Below are positions 12,078 through 25,639 of a DNA stretch of 64,000 nucleotides, in pieces; position 1 is the first letter of the stretch; every line of letters begins with the position of its first letter. The notes under the pieces were generated by a model, which ran no database searches, was not told the DNA's origin, and saw nothing but the letters and a program-made list of their open reading frames with translations. The position numbers were made by a program, and so were the translations under genes. Location of the stretch: NCBI GenBank assembly GCA_964035545.1, contig OZ037765.1:1922001-1986000 (forward strand), given 5' to 3'. The DNA is from Bugula neritina (lineage: Eukaryota; Animalia; Bryozoa).

Positions 12078-12690
12078 CCAAGTCCTTGGAGGGATCAAGC
12101 ACTTGATGTTTGATTCTCCTAAGAAGACTAAGCTACTGGCTATGCAGGCCTATACTTGATTACACAGATTAGAAGCAAAGTGCATGATGTAGAGCTGATC
12201 CAGAACAGCGCCATACGATTCATAAGCAATCTGAAGAGACGCACTGACATTGTATCTGAGGCGAGGAATGAGTTAGGACTCTGTACGCTGGAAGATAGAA
12301 GAAAAAATCATCGGCTGTGGTTACTGACTTGAATTCTTCAGAATAAGAATCAGCACCAAACTCTATCTAGAACCTATGACAAGATTATTGAAGACAGGGA
12401 GCTTGTAACTGTAACCACCCGAGCTGCTGCCAGAAGAGCGCTTATTTTGATATCAGCTAGGAAAAGCATGTTCTACACTAGTTTTCTGCCACAAACAATT
12501 TGTGAGATGCGAGGAAAATATAATAACTAATTACAAAACAGCAAATGCTGTAACAAGTGCTAACCCTGGTCTAATATAAGTTGTCACTAGAGACTTTCCT
12601 ATAGACATTCCAGTTGCTGCCGAAGTCCTACCTCGACTGAGGTAATGAGTATAATTATGTAAGTTCGAATGAACGGAGTCCGATGAATAT
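12078..12690 (+). mobile_element. 5'-truncated non-LTR retrotransposon remnant (CR1/L2-group ORF2 C-terminus plus 3' UTR)
   Basis: Frameshifted translation VLGGIKHLMFDSPKKTKLLA/CRPILDY/VELIQNSAIRFISNL...ELGLCTLEDRRKNHRL..*...SFLPQTI; matches the RPxLEY..EkvQrrAxRF..L.ERR..SFFPRT pattern downstream of LINE RT. Confidence 0.8.
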
Positions 12691-13129
12691 GATGATAATC
12701 TTACTCATCTATTTGATCTTTATGATAATAATTATGATTATCCTCCTTATTTAATTTCAGTTTTGATTGTACATTTTTTATTTAGTATTGAGTTTAATAA
12801 ATAAATGGTTCCCTTACTGTTACTATTAGTATTAGTATAGCAATTATTGGTTAATATATGTTTTTTTATTCACTTGAAGCCATAGTTGTTTATAGATATT
12901 AAGGTATAGAATAACCTCTAAGGTTTAGAGGTTAGCTGGCCTTGTTGGTTCTGTAAGAAAAATGCAGCTATGCTACAGATGATTAACGTTGCTAAACATT
13001 GATGTAATAATCTATATATATCCACTACAAGTTGGGAGACATTAGATTTGATGATAAAAAAAATATGGACATACTAAGCTGACGGGAGACATATTGAACA
13101 GGTAGAAAATGTGGTGGGAAGACACAAAG

Positions 13130-13820
13130 TAATAATGAAGGTATCAAACTGTACTATAATGGTGGAAAAGACCAAGAAATATAGTTGTTTTATGGAGGAA
13201 TAGCATGGTAAAGTGATTGAAGTACCAAGAAAATCGAATGTAATTGTGAGATAATGTTAATGATGCTTAGGCAGACCTATAACATTATGGCAGCTTACAC
13301 ACCACAAGATTGTGAAGCTGAAAAAGGAAGCATTATGGGAACGGATTGAAAAGTATGCCCACATTGGAGAAGCTAGATGTTGCTAAAGATTTCAATGGAC
13401 ATGTTGTAGTGGATAGAGGTAGAATGGAATGGTGGCAAGAAACAATGAAACATTATTGGAGTAGGAGAATGGATTTTATAATATATGCTTGGAAGTCAAT
13501 ACATTTCATTTTATCACACAAAACATTTGTCCAGGCTTGTAAGTTTAGTGGAGAGGGAGCAGCTGTAGTCTAGAGTTAGAGCATTTGCTTAGTGAACACG
13601 AAGTCATAGGTTTGAGCCCTGACAATGGCCATTGGTGATGTTAGGAAGAGCATCCGGTCATAATTGTTCCTGTGCCTCATCTTAACAAGTCCTTAGCCCT
13701 ATCTAACAAAAACCCTTTCCATCAGGGGTTTCTCACAGGGATAGTGACTACAAACTTGCGTGAGTTTTTTTGTAAGTTAAGTGAAGAAAATCAAACTGCG
13801 GTTAAATATAATATATTATG
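13130..13820 (+). mobile_element. Decayed RTE-like LINE endonuclease (APE) fragment, interrupted by a SINE
   Basis: Broken frames give VIEVPRKSNVIVRIMLM..NIMAAYTPQ..C and DFNGHV, and after the insert EENQTAVKY; similar to RTE APE motifs (SAYAPQ, GDFNGHVG). Confidence 0.6.
13555..13769 (+). mobile_element. tRNA-headed SINE with RTE-5'-like middle body and 18-bp TSD
   Basis: A-box-like TAGTCTAGAGTTAG, B-box-like GGTTTGAGCCC, body GGTGATGTTAGGAAGAGCATCCGG; flanked by TTGTAAGTTTAGTGGAGA (13537-13554) and TTGTAAGTTAAGTGAAGA (13770-13787). Confidence 0.8.
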
Positions 13821-14255
13821 GGGCCTATAGGGATTAGGACTAGAAGGGTAGTTTTATTCTTAGCTGTTTTGAATGTTTAGCACTAGAGAGTTTTATCAGC
13901 TACAAAAGTCCAAACTTGAGCTTTTTTGTCAAAATCAAAGATACTTGAAAATGCTTGAAAGGAATTAGCGCAAACTGTTAATTAAATAGAAAAGACAACT
14001 TTCAATTAGGTTAGCAAAAGTCTGCAGCTTATTTACATGCAAAAATAGGTTCATAGGAGACCAAATAAATATAGAAATAATTTGATAAATAAAACCTTTT
14101 TTATGAGCATTTGATGTTTTCAAATAAAATTTAAACGCAGAATTGGAGGTTAGTTGAATGCTACTAGTTCAATATATTGCTATTCACTGATAATGCTATG
14201 GTGCAATGGAAGGGCACTTGTTTGCAGAAGAAGATAATTTAAAGTTACAGTATAT

Positions 14256-14361
14256 GGTTCATTCCACGTCAACTCAACAAAGTTTTTGAGGATTTTCACC
14301 GACCCGTCTCAGATTTGAAATGGGTCGGTTTTGGCCTTGTTGAGTTGGCGTGGAATGACCC
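14256..14361. mobile_element. 106-bp fold-back MITE (Sola2-like GRG terminus, 4-bp ATAT TSD)
   Basis: TIRs GGTTCATTCCACGTCAACTCAACAA / TTGTTGAGTTGGCGTGGAATGACCC (23 of 25 match), inner IR CCGACCC...GGGTCGG, ATAT on both sides. Confidence 0.8.
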
Positions 14362-17300
14362 ATATATGAAATTTGATTTTTTGTCTTTTTTACTACTTTT
14401 TGGTAATTTAATTTTAGGTGTTGCATAGAATATGCATATAAAAATTCATGCAGCTTAAGTGTTATATGTAATAGCAATGTTCCTGGAATTATAATGCCAA
14501 TTTTATCCAGTCAAGCTATTTTGTAGTTATATTATAATCTGGAGTTGCCCTCTCTCAAAGTTTATACTTTTTGAGAATACAACTGCTAAAAAGTATATGT
14601 TGGCCTGGCACAATGCTTAAAATATCTTTTTTCTAAATTTTCTTCCATAAAGTTATAAATAATTACTCTATGCATTTTCTAGGATGTGTAAAAGATCAGC
14701 CTGGGATGTGGTACACCAACTTCTTGGCATAGATGTTGGCGGACTCAAGACATCTTGGTGGTAAGTATATTGACTTAGTGTGAGACTTCAAGGGGAGGGC
14801 ACTCTCAGTTTTTGGTTCTAAAAATTTATTTATTTCATAGATTTTTCTCATAAGCCCAAAGTTTTCACTGTATGACTAAATAGTCTATAAAAAATTACAG
14901 TTTTGAAATATTAGTTATTAAAAATACAATTTTAAGGTGAGAAATCTAGCTAACTCCCGAAACCACTCTACTGTGCTGCACAACCAGTTGTAATTATTAC
15001 CGATAATTAGACTAGCAATTACTTGAGAGATAATTAATTATTCAACTGACTGCGTATTGGTAGATGGCGCTTCTCGGCAGCATTGTTTTAGCTTCCAATC
15101 AATACAATAGATGCTGGTTAATAAACTCTGATGAGTTCAGTATTGGCTATTCTTGTGCTATGCTCAATACTCGCTATACTCGCTCTTAAACTACTACACT
15201 CGTTAAACTCGCTTCTAAACTCGATTCACTGGTTTCACTTGTTTCTGAACTGGATACACTGCTTGCAGTTTACAGCAATATTTCTCTTGGATTATGAATC
15301 ACTTAATACTGCTGGATATGGCTATTCTTGGATAATATTGAAAGAACCTTTAGATTATGTATTGTTATTTAGTGTGAGTTTTCTGTACAACTTTATGTTT
15401 ATTTTTCAACAAATATATTTCGTTTTAGTGGAAAGACGAGTTATGTGTTATGTGGATGATAGGCAGGGGCGCATGCTGTGTGTAGAGAGGTAAGGATTTT
15501 AGGCTAACTTTAGTTGTCTATCAGCAGAAAGAGAAGGCAATTACTTACAATGGTAGTTCTGTTAGATTCAGTCAGTTCAGCTAGTATTTCTGTTTATTAA
15601 AGCAGACAAACTTATATTTGACTCTTGAATATCGGGAAAGTTTTCATCACTGTCTACTGGTTGTATAGGAGTGTACACCAAGCTCAGTTCACTTACGTAC
15701 CCCCTTTTCCTATCCTTTCTCTATCCACCCCCTACATACAATATTCAACATGTTACCAGAAATAGTATCTGTAAGTCACTTATTTGATTTTCATATAAAT
15801 TCATTATTATCGTGTTGAAAATAATCAGCAATTCAATGGCGCTGCCTTTGCTGCTGCCATTACAAAAGAGTGTATACTGATGATGGTATAGTGCATACAT
15901 CAGCTATAGGGTCTCAATACTCAAGGCACATACTGTCAGGTTATCTGATACTCCAGTGCACTGGAATATGATTCACACTTTTTAGACTTTCAAGTCTCCT
16001 CTCCTTAATCTGTTTACTGATCATTGATTATCCAAATAAAAAAGTTCTATTATTGAATTTTTATGTAACATCTGCCACCATTATTTAATCATTACCTTAG
16101 TTTTTTTCACTTCATTTAGGCTGCACAGCCCTCCCACCCTTGCATAGACATGACAGAACTTTAGGCTAAGCAAATTTTATCAACTCACTACACTGCAAAG
16201 GTTTTTTCGACGTATTATTATTCCCTGTGGGTTAATATAGGTGAGCAGCTGTTAGTTTCATGCCTCACTATTAGCTGAAAGCAGGGGCAGATGTTTCATA
16301 TAACACTCTAGAGCTAAGCTATTCTACCTTAGCCCATGCTAGTTACCCATTCTGTCTACTCAACCCTCACACTATACCTCAGTAATCCACCTTTGATGGG
16401 CTGAATTTTCATACACTGGGCAGGTGTTTGTGTGCCTCGCGTCTCCCATTATAATCAGTTGTCAACTCATTCACCCATCAAGCTTCATAACAAATTATTT
16501 TGAAATTTAAGCACAATTGCAGTGTATACACAGTGGAAATATCATCGTGCATGTGCCAGTCTGTTTTTGTAATTTAATATTTGTTGAAGTTTGTTGTGTA
16601 TAGTATATTTGTGTTGAAATCATCTGCCTATAGCTTGTGTTGATAAATATGCTCCAAATGTTTAACATTTTAGTTAAAGGTCAGCACAACATAAGTCGCT
16701 GCCTGTGTTTAACATTTGCTGCCAGTCCTGTGTCTATTATATCTAGCTTCCTTTTCATCTCTGGTGCCAACTCAAGTATACTACAGCTGTACAGGTTGCA
16801 TGTACTTTGGGCATGGCAGTGTTGTTTCTAGTTGCATGTCTTAATTATTTTGAATTTGGCGATAGCTTTTTTATTTTCTTTTGGAGTTGGTAAAAATATT
16901 GCTAATTCAGTGTTTATTTCTTATATTTTCATTTAATTAGTGTAATTAATAATGTTAGGACTAGATTTGCTATGATCTTAGGTTAATATTCAATTCGAAT
17001 AAGTCATATCCATAGGGTAAATAAAAAGAAATGTATTGGTTGTCTCCCCTTCTTTCACAGATATACTCCAATTTTATAAATATGGTAATATAATAAATAT
17101 TCTATGCATTTGTACTGCGCAGCAAGTTAACTCGTTCAGTATAATACACATTATTTATAAATCATATTATGTTGTTTGCAGCATTAAGTTTTCTGTGTTG
17201 TAAGCTTGAAACTCGCCAAAATTCTCTTCCAAATCTGTCTTCAATGGGATTGATGTTACATTACTGGATACAATATTTCTTTTATAAGAGCAACAAAATA

Positions 17301-20300
17301 TAAGAGACTTTGAGGGTGAAATATGATTGCTCTGCAGATATGATCTGGGTCTGGGGTTCAGCCCCCCCCCCTCCCAGCTGCTTTCATCTCCACAGCTAGT
17401 GAAATTATTCATATGCAGAACCTAGTTTGAGTCCAGGCTAATATTTTACAACTTAATAACCAAAGAAAAGCATATCTGTTTGTAATAAAGTCATAAATAA
17501 GAACACATGGCTGTTGTGCTGCCTCTCTACTACTGGAGAGTAAATGCTGCCTGATCTTAATGTCACTGCTGACTTATTTATGAATGAAAATTAGTGAATC
17601 ACAGTCATTTCTAGACACGACACGCTGTATTTATTGAAAGTGCTTGACCCTGTTTCCTGTGAACACAGCATCCCATAGGTTTTGGTTGTCATTAGTATAT
17701 GTAATTCTGTACAGCACACTTCATGCTTATATTAACTCATTACTATGTTATAAATATTATTACCAGAACGTACACAAACTCTCCAATATGAAAGGAAGGA
17801 GGCGGCTGGCTTTCATTATTTGATTATAATTTTTTGGCAAAGCTTAACCCTTTCTTCTAGAATCTTCCCTCGTGATCTGTTAGCTTCAGCTTCGGCTGTT
17901 TATAGCTCGAGATCCTATCTTTAAATCTGTGAATATTATTGCCTCTGGCCTCGCATTTCCTGTCCTCTTCTGTTATTCTATCAGCTGATTTGTGCTGCTG
18001 ATATACTACTGTTTAGTGTTATTTCTGTAGATTACATCTGGTGACATCCTGTAAGCTTGTCTCCCATCTTAGCTGACCCTGTAAGTGTTGCAGATCTCCG
18101 AGTTGATAGTTGGTGTCTTTCTTAGCCTCAGTTCTGAAAATAGCTTTGCCTCTGTTGTGGGCTTTCATTGATACATTTCAAAGAAAACTAAAATACTGTG
18201 AGAATAACATTTTATGTTAAAAGTTGGTGAAATATTTTAACTGATTTGGAAAATTCCACTCTTTGAATGGAATTAAAATACCATAATATTATTACTATAT
18301 TGCTTTATAATGTCCTTTTGCAATAGCAATGTTATCACAGAACTCCAGCAAAATATAATGGGTTTCTCTACTTTAAAACTAATATTTTTAGTTTACAGTT
18401 CCCAAAACCAGAAGGTTGAAATACTGCAAAGTCAATCCTCAAGGGTAGAATATAATAAGATTTAAGAGATATTTGTAAGGTTATTGTTTTCACATTATCT
18501 CAACATCTTATAGTTTAGTTAGTAACTACTGGTGAGGGGGGTGTTAAATACCCATCAGTAAGTCAATCCCTTTCTAAATCTTGCAACCAAAGTCTACAGT
18601 ATTCCTCATTTGTAAATAATATTTTTCTTATAGAGACTTGAAGATTAAGGGGGACAATTCAATTGTCTATTTGTGGTGTTTTTCATTAAAATCAATTTGC
18701 ATAATTGCCAGTAACTTCCACTTGCCATTAAACTGTCAAATTAGTGACTTTCCCAACTGGCAGCAGTAATAATAATAGCCAATGGTGACTCACACAGCTG
18801 ACAGCAATTCAACTGCAGGATTATAGTAAACCTGTTATGACACGGCAGCATGTGTCAGTGAATTCACAGTCTGACAGACACACAGACAGACACACAGAAA
18901 TACAGACAGGAAACATGTGAAATAGTGTTCTTTTATTTCATTGCTAGCAAAATATTGTATACCTAAATTTAGTTTGGTCTAGTATCCAAGTTCAGATTGA
19001 ATTGGCAGCTCAATTTCTACTAAAACTAAACAATGTGTTCACATTTGCAGTTTATTTGGTTGTATTTATTGTGTTGGATTTTGCTGCGACTTAACAAAAA
19101 CTGAAACTAAATTTTAGAATACAGTAATGCATTGGGTTCTTTAATATATTTAGTACAGAAGATTATAAGTAGTGTGAGTAGAAACTGGTCTAAACAATCT
19201 CAAGATTTGATTATCGGAATCGGCTAGCATATCCATTCATAATTATAAGATTTAAGGCTATGTGAAGACTGTAGGTTGATGAATACAGCGTGAAGCTTGT
19301 GGACGCCAGCTTCACTGAGGCTACCAGTATATTTAGCTCATTAAATCACTGCATCTACAAACATACGTGTACAACAACCCTCAACCGTATTGCATTACCA
19401 GCATATCGGAGGTTGTAGATTGTATCAGTTAACCTTGACACTTGCGAATGAGTGATTTTGTCAGCTTTTCCTGTAGTCGGCCAAAAAATAGTTGCATTTG
19501 CATAATTTTTATTTGCATTTCCATCTGCTATGCAAGTTTAGTTCATCTGCAGCTGTCGTCTGCTCAACATATGAAAACACGGAGGAAGTAAGATATTAAT
19601 TCAAATAATGTTTTAATTTTATGGTCTTCTGTTAACAAGACATCGGGCACCTTAAACTAAATGCCATAAATCACACTACTACTTGGTCCTGATAGCACTG
19701 ATGGCTAGTAAATAGCTAAAGATAACAGGTCTGCTTTGAAGTGTGCAACTAGCCAATAGGGTAAAAGATTGGGCGACAGGGCGCAGCAGATGCTTGTAGA
19801 CCTATAATATTCTAATTACTGCAGAAGTGTGTGTCACATTATCCTAGTTAAATATAATAATTCAAATCTACAGAGCATTACCCATGACTGCTCATCTAAA
19901 TGACTTTAAAATATGCATTTAGTAGGATTGTATGGAAACTATATGATGCATGAAGAGAAGTAGCTGGGCCACGTGCCCCTAATGTGTTTACCTATCAGAT
20001 TTCTAATGTTTTCTTATCCATGCCTCAGGTGGGTTAGACGCTGTCATTTAGTTCAAAACTAAGAAGCAAAGAGGCCTAGAATTTTGAAATTACAAATACT
20101 TGCCAAACTGTACTAGATGAAATAATGTAAATATAACAAGCTTTTAGTAATAGATTTGTGTAGTTATTAGTGCCAGTAGGTAAAAGCTAGTTCAATACTT
20201 ATAATTACTTGTTTTAATTGCTGCTCTTCTTTCTATCCATGCTATACTAAATAAGCTATAGTCCTCATATTAAGAAAAACTAAATGCTTGTTCATGGAAA

Positions 20301-22149
20301 GACAACTCTTTCTAATTACAAAAACCCCCCATTTCTGCTGAGAAATAGCATTCAGTAATCAGATGTAATATGGAGAGAATCCTGCAGTTAAGATTGTGGC
20401 CCATCTGGTTGACCCCTGTCTAGGTAGTAAGTAGTAGCAGCTACCACCTCCGCAATTCTCCCAACAGTCACTGTGATGGCATATTTACTTCTCAGCGTAG
20501 AATATTATTGATGAAAGACCAGATAATGTGCTTAATTAGCTCTTTAACACTAACACTCTTTCTGCCCTGTAAATTCCTGCTTATCTCTTCTCTCACCATC
20601 TGTTCTTCATTCCAGTAGCAGTAGGAATCAGTTATGCTGTTATACTTATTACATGTAATTGCATAATTATAGCTGATTCAATCCTAGATTTATTCTGGCT
20701 TTTGTATTCCCTGGATAGTATTGTATCTCCTATTCTAATAGCAGTAGGTTTGCTAACATAAGCAGCTTCAAATCACCTTTAAATAGAGGTTTCCAGAAGG
20801 TTTAAACTGCCTTAATTCGGTTGCTGCCACATTATGTTTGGCTCATAGATTAATTTGCTTTTCTTGCAACGGCAGTTAGTGTCCTTGTTATGTATTATTC
20901 ATTAGGCGCTTCACTTATATTTCTATGATGGAAAATGGCAAACACAATTTTCATAGTAGTCGTTATAGGATCTAATTTGAAGAAAGATAACTCTTAAAAT
21001 GTTATATTGATTTGAGTGGAACATGTACATAGGACTATAGTAGGCCTAAATTCTAACCTGAAATCTTAGGGGAAATAACACACCGTGCCCCAAATGAAAG
21101 CTGACACACTTTATTAAAGTTTATAGCTAAGAAATCGTGACTCATCCAAGACGAATTCTATCCCGAATTGTTACAGCTTATGAAATCATGATGTAAATAT
21201 TTTTGAGTGTTTACTTTATAGAATTTCTTCTTCGAGGTGGTGACTAAGCTATACCTGTATGCTGTTTTTACAACCCCTGCAATAGGCAAATGTTTTGCAT
21301 TTTTACTATACAAAATTCTTCAATAGTATTTCTGTGAGTAGGCACTAAACACGTTCACCTAAGACTACACTATCATGACACACGGTCTAGGAATGCTAAA
21401 GCCTCATAAAATTGCATCAATTAGTGCTTAATTCCCTATAGCATATCAATTATGTTAATAACCGTTAATAAATGCAGCTTCAATGATCTAACAACCCCAT
21501 AGGCTGTGTCAACATTTTCTCTTTTGATTGAATGGTGCATATATTTTCTTTTATGCATTGTTGCTGAATTTTTGTGATTTATGAAAACAAATTTCTAGCT
21601 GTATAATTAAACTTTACGAATGATTGTTTTGATAGGGGAAACATTTCAGAGCCACATGGGCGTACTTAATACAGAATAACAGTAAACCGATCCTTTTAGG
21701 CTTCAAAATGCAACTAATCATTTGCTAATAGAAATTATTTTCTTCGCTTTGAAGCAATTCAAAGGCCTGTTAAGTATGAATCAACAACTGTTAGCTGGTG
21801 GTGGAAGGTGTGTGTTTATTTTTGAGTCTGCTAACATATCAAATAATGTGCAATGATATTGTGTAGCCTTATTATAAGGTTTTTATTTCTAATAATATAA
21901 CAAAATGCTAGCATGCAATTTGATCCGCAGATGTTTATAGAGGCACCTGGTATATTCAGGACCCATTACCTCTACCAATAGCCTTAGTATAGCTTCAGAT
22001 CCCACAAATATAAAGGCTGTGTTACATTCAATACACCCTCTTCACAAAATTTCAAGTATAAGTAAAGCTAAGCTACTGGTTGGGGATTTTATCTAAAAGC
22101 TTTCATTTACCAATAAAAATATTTAATTGATATAGTAAAACATATACTT

Positions 22150-22300
22150 AGACTTTACACAAAGTATAATTAATAACAGATATATGATATGTAACATATA
22201 ATATCTGTATAATATATTATATTATCTATGCAATATAAGACATATATATGTTATAAAACATACATAATATGCAATATATATCATATGAAATAACATATAT
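22150..22300. repeat. Degenerate (TA)-rich simple repeat
   Basis: atatatgatatgtaacatataatatctg... Confidence 0.6.
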
Positions 22301-22993
22301 TGCAGGCTGCAATTTGCAAGATGCAAGGATTGTACCAAACATTCGTCTTATTGTTAGGATAATTTTATTTTCAAATTGCTTTGGGTCAAGGTGAAATTAA
22401 CCTTCTCACGGCTTCACTTTCCACTCAAGACGTGTTTAGAAATCTCAAAGGGACTCAATTGTAAACTTTCTCACACAAATAACACTTTACCGTCTTCATA
22501 TCTAATTGCATTCTGAAACACTACTGGGATTTATTATATTTCAAAGTGTAATTATCTTGTTGAGCTTTTGTTATTATTTGCGTTACGGTAATCAATATTT
22601 CCTTTTTATTATGTAAGGTTTACATCAGGGAAAGTCTAAATTACATGACATAAGATTATCCAACAGTATTGACAGCAGCTTATAGCTTATAGCCTCAGAT
22701 TCTAAAGCTGCACTGGTTATGAGACTAGACATCAAGGGACCTGTGAGTATTCATGCACCCATATATTAAACTAAAATGTTTTCACTGTAAATATTTTGTA
22801 CAGAAATCTAAAATTCTAAATGAAACATCCATTTTATTGTTCCAAATGATGGTAAATAATTTGTATACTAAAACTGCCACTATGGATAATATTGATCAAC
22901 TTATACACTAAACACCTGATTATTATACCATGATATTATTACAATAGTACCAGAGCCCTGTACTGTTATATAAATATAATGCAGCCTTTTGCC

Positions 22994-23293
22994 CAGTGGC
23001 TCCCGAATTTTCGATATTTCTGGCGTTTCCAGCACCTCCCCTCCTCACTGTTATATAACATATTGGAACACTAAGATATTAATGATTTGATTCAACTCTA
23101 TGAAGATTGTAAATAGACAAAATATTCCCTGATTTTATATCAAACCTCCCTTTAGAGTTTAGGGTAATAGTGCCCCTGAGGGTAATGCTAGTGCCCCTGA
23201 GGGTAATGCTAGTGCCTCTGAGGGTAATGCCAGTGCCCCTGGGGGCACTAATGCTCCCCTGAGGGTACTAATGCTTTAGGTTAGAAACCCCTG
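22994..23293. mobile_element. hAT(Charlie)-like MITE with internal 21-bp tandem repeat
   Basis: Ends CAGTGGCTCCCGAATTT and AGGTTAGAAACCCCTG resemble hAT TIRs; ~5 units of GAGGGTAATGCTAGTGCCCCT at ~23160-23275; 8-bp flanks match only 5 of 8. Confidence 0.55.
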
Positions 23294-23329
23294 ATTTAGC
23301 TGAAGATGTTGAGTGAGCCATATAAAATC

Positions 23330-23520
23330 TCTAACTTCTGGAAGGATAACTCTCAGCTGTTACTGATGGTCGCGATACCTTCATTAGTTGCTAATAATAT
23401 CATAGCTTTAATCTCTGATGCACTCGCACTAAACTTTGCTCTCTTGGGAAGATTTGTTTGTGATTTCCCGACATTCCAGGCCCCAAGTGCTATTTTGTGA
23501 TATGTTTGCTCTCTCACCAT
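23330..23520 (-). mobile_element. Possible decayed LINE APE N-terminus
   Basis: Minus strand reads IALGAWNVG (compare RIGTWNVR), followed by a degraded DI..xE-like segment. Confidence 0.35.
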
Positions 23521-25639
23521 ATCACACCATATGCTGGTTTCCAGGATTATTTTCAGGCTTTATTCTGTCCCATACTGCATTTCAACACCACCCTGATTTA
23601 CTCACTTATCTAGGTGTGTCATACAACAGCCTTATGAAATATTTGCGTAGAGATTATTTCTCTTCTCCTTAGACGCAAAGAGATACATAATATTGACTGT
23701 ATTACCACATTTACTTTTATCTTAAAAATGTCGGCCTGAATTGAACTACACAACCGTGAGTTGTTATTTTCTGATTTCAACGTCAGTTTGGTGAAATCAC
23801 TTTGCCTAAATTTAAACTCAGATAATGTTATAAGGAAGCATAGTGTATCACAACAAATACACCAGTTTATATTACAAGTATTATATAATAATCTACCTTA
23901 TACAATATACATGTTAGAGTTAGACCCCCAGTTCTTTGCACACTTTGCTACTAAATTATTTTATGCAAAAATCCCACATAGTAAAGTATTTTAATATTTG
24001 AGTAGTAGAGAAAATGTTGTAGTAACTGCTGGATTTGCATATTCTATTCAAAAACATTGACATATTTTTAATTCAAGAGTTATCTCCCTTGACTGAATAG
24101 AGCAGGAAACTGTATAATGACGTTTAAAGAGCTTTTTATTACATCTAAAATAGCCAATCACTTTAACATCAAAGGAAAAGAAAGTTTAGTAGTTGAAATT
24201 ATTGCCATAACAACCAACTATCCTCAGGAGTTGTAAATGTGAAATTTGTCTGGAATGTATCATCTAAAGACAGCCCTTTTATTTACACTCTCTGTTTACT
24301 AGCTTATATAAATAATTACCTATTGCAAAGATCAAAAACATTTCTTCCAACAGTAATTGACTATTGAGAAATAAATATCACAATTTGCTCCAGTTAAAGG
24401 TAAACAGTAATGGTGGCCCGAGGTTTTGTAAGTCTATTCAAATTATGTTGGGGCGGTGTTGTGTTTGCCCACTTCTAAAAGCTGATGGTGCCTAGTGATA
24501 AACAAGCAGTGCTGTTAAACACACACTTGATAATTATGTGACGCCAGGTAGGGGATTTTATGGCTGTGTTAATGAAACGTAATGCCACTGCAAGTGTGCC
24601 TGACATGTGGCTGTGACATTTGCTAATACATCTACTAACAGCATATGCTAGCTATGCTATTTCAATTGATGTCTTCCATCATAAACATTTAGTAGCACGG
24701 CTGCTGTAATCATCATAACCAACTGTAACCCACTATTTTTTCTGTTGTATTTCGGAGTTGTCTTTCAACTCTTTCAATTGACTTGTAAACCTAAATTGTG
24801 GTTTAATTATGGGACCAGCAAATGAGCTATATAAATTTTGACTTTGAAAATTGCTATTTTCCACCAAGTTGGATGTATTTGGGTTTAGAATAAACTTGTT
24901 TGAATGTAGGTTTTGTAGTTGCATACAAAATCCAAACATTTAAAGAATTGTTTTTGTGGCAACATGAGTAAGAGATGTCCTTAACTTTAGGTATATGTCA
25001 ATAAAGGTGGATTTTTCACACCATGTATTTGCAAATGGCTGCACAAATCCACCTCCCTATTATCTTGTCTCAAGTCATTTCACTAAACTCCATGAAACAA
25101 GTGTTTACTTGTCTCATTTAGCTGTTTGGAAGTTCAACTTTGACTTGGGGAAGTAGCAACGACTGAAAACTTGACATTCTGCTTCACATTTGGTTTAAAA
25201 TGGCAAATATATCAGAACGCAATATTTCATAATTTCAACGGCCAAAGAGTTCAAACTCCTACCCAGGGATAAGTAATTGTCTTGATTTTCATGCTGATAA
25301 AACTGATGATTTCTAAAGAATTTTGAAATTGAAAATCTCCCATAGGATTCCTTGCAAGTTGGAGGTGTTATAAAATAGGCAAAGCGTAAATGCTTTTGCA
25401 GTGTAATCTTTCCCATAGAATCTCAAACCACCTAATTGTCAATAACAATTTTCGGGAACTTTAAAATTGGCCAGCTGTTGGTTTTGAAGTATTTATCTGG
25501 TAATAATGGAGTTGTAAGCAAAGCAAAGCTTACCATGCTACCTATTGTTGGCTCTATTCACAGTATCACCGCTATAGCTGTGATGTGAATCATGGCCCAT
25601 GCTAGCTGGTGCTCTAAACTTAAACGCACCCAAATAATA

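Noticed and set aside
15120-15145. CTGATGA hammerhead or C/D-box cores (also ~15877, 25303, 35380, 51642, 59954, 60689)
   Set aside because: No properly placed GAAA with stems II/III, and no convincing terminal stems found by eye.
15131-15493. 120-aa hydrophobic ORF
   Set aside because: Leu/Phe bias follows from T-rich repetitive DNA; no family motif or splice support.
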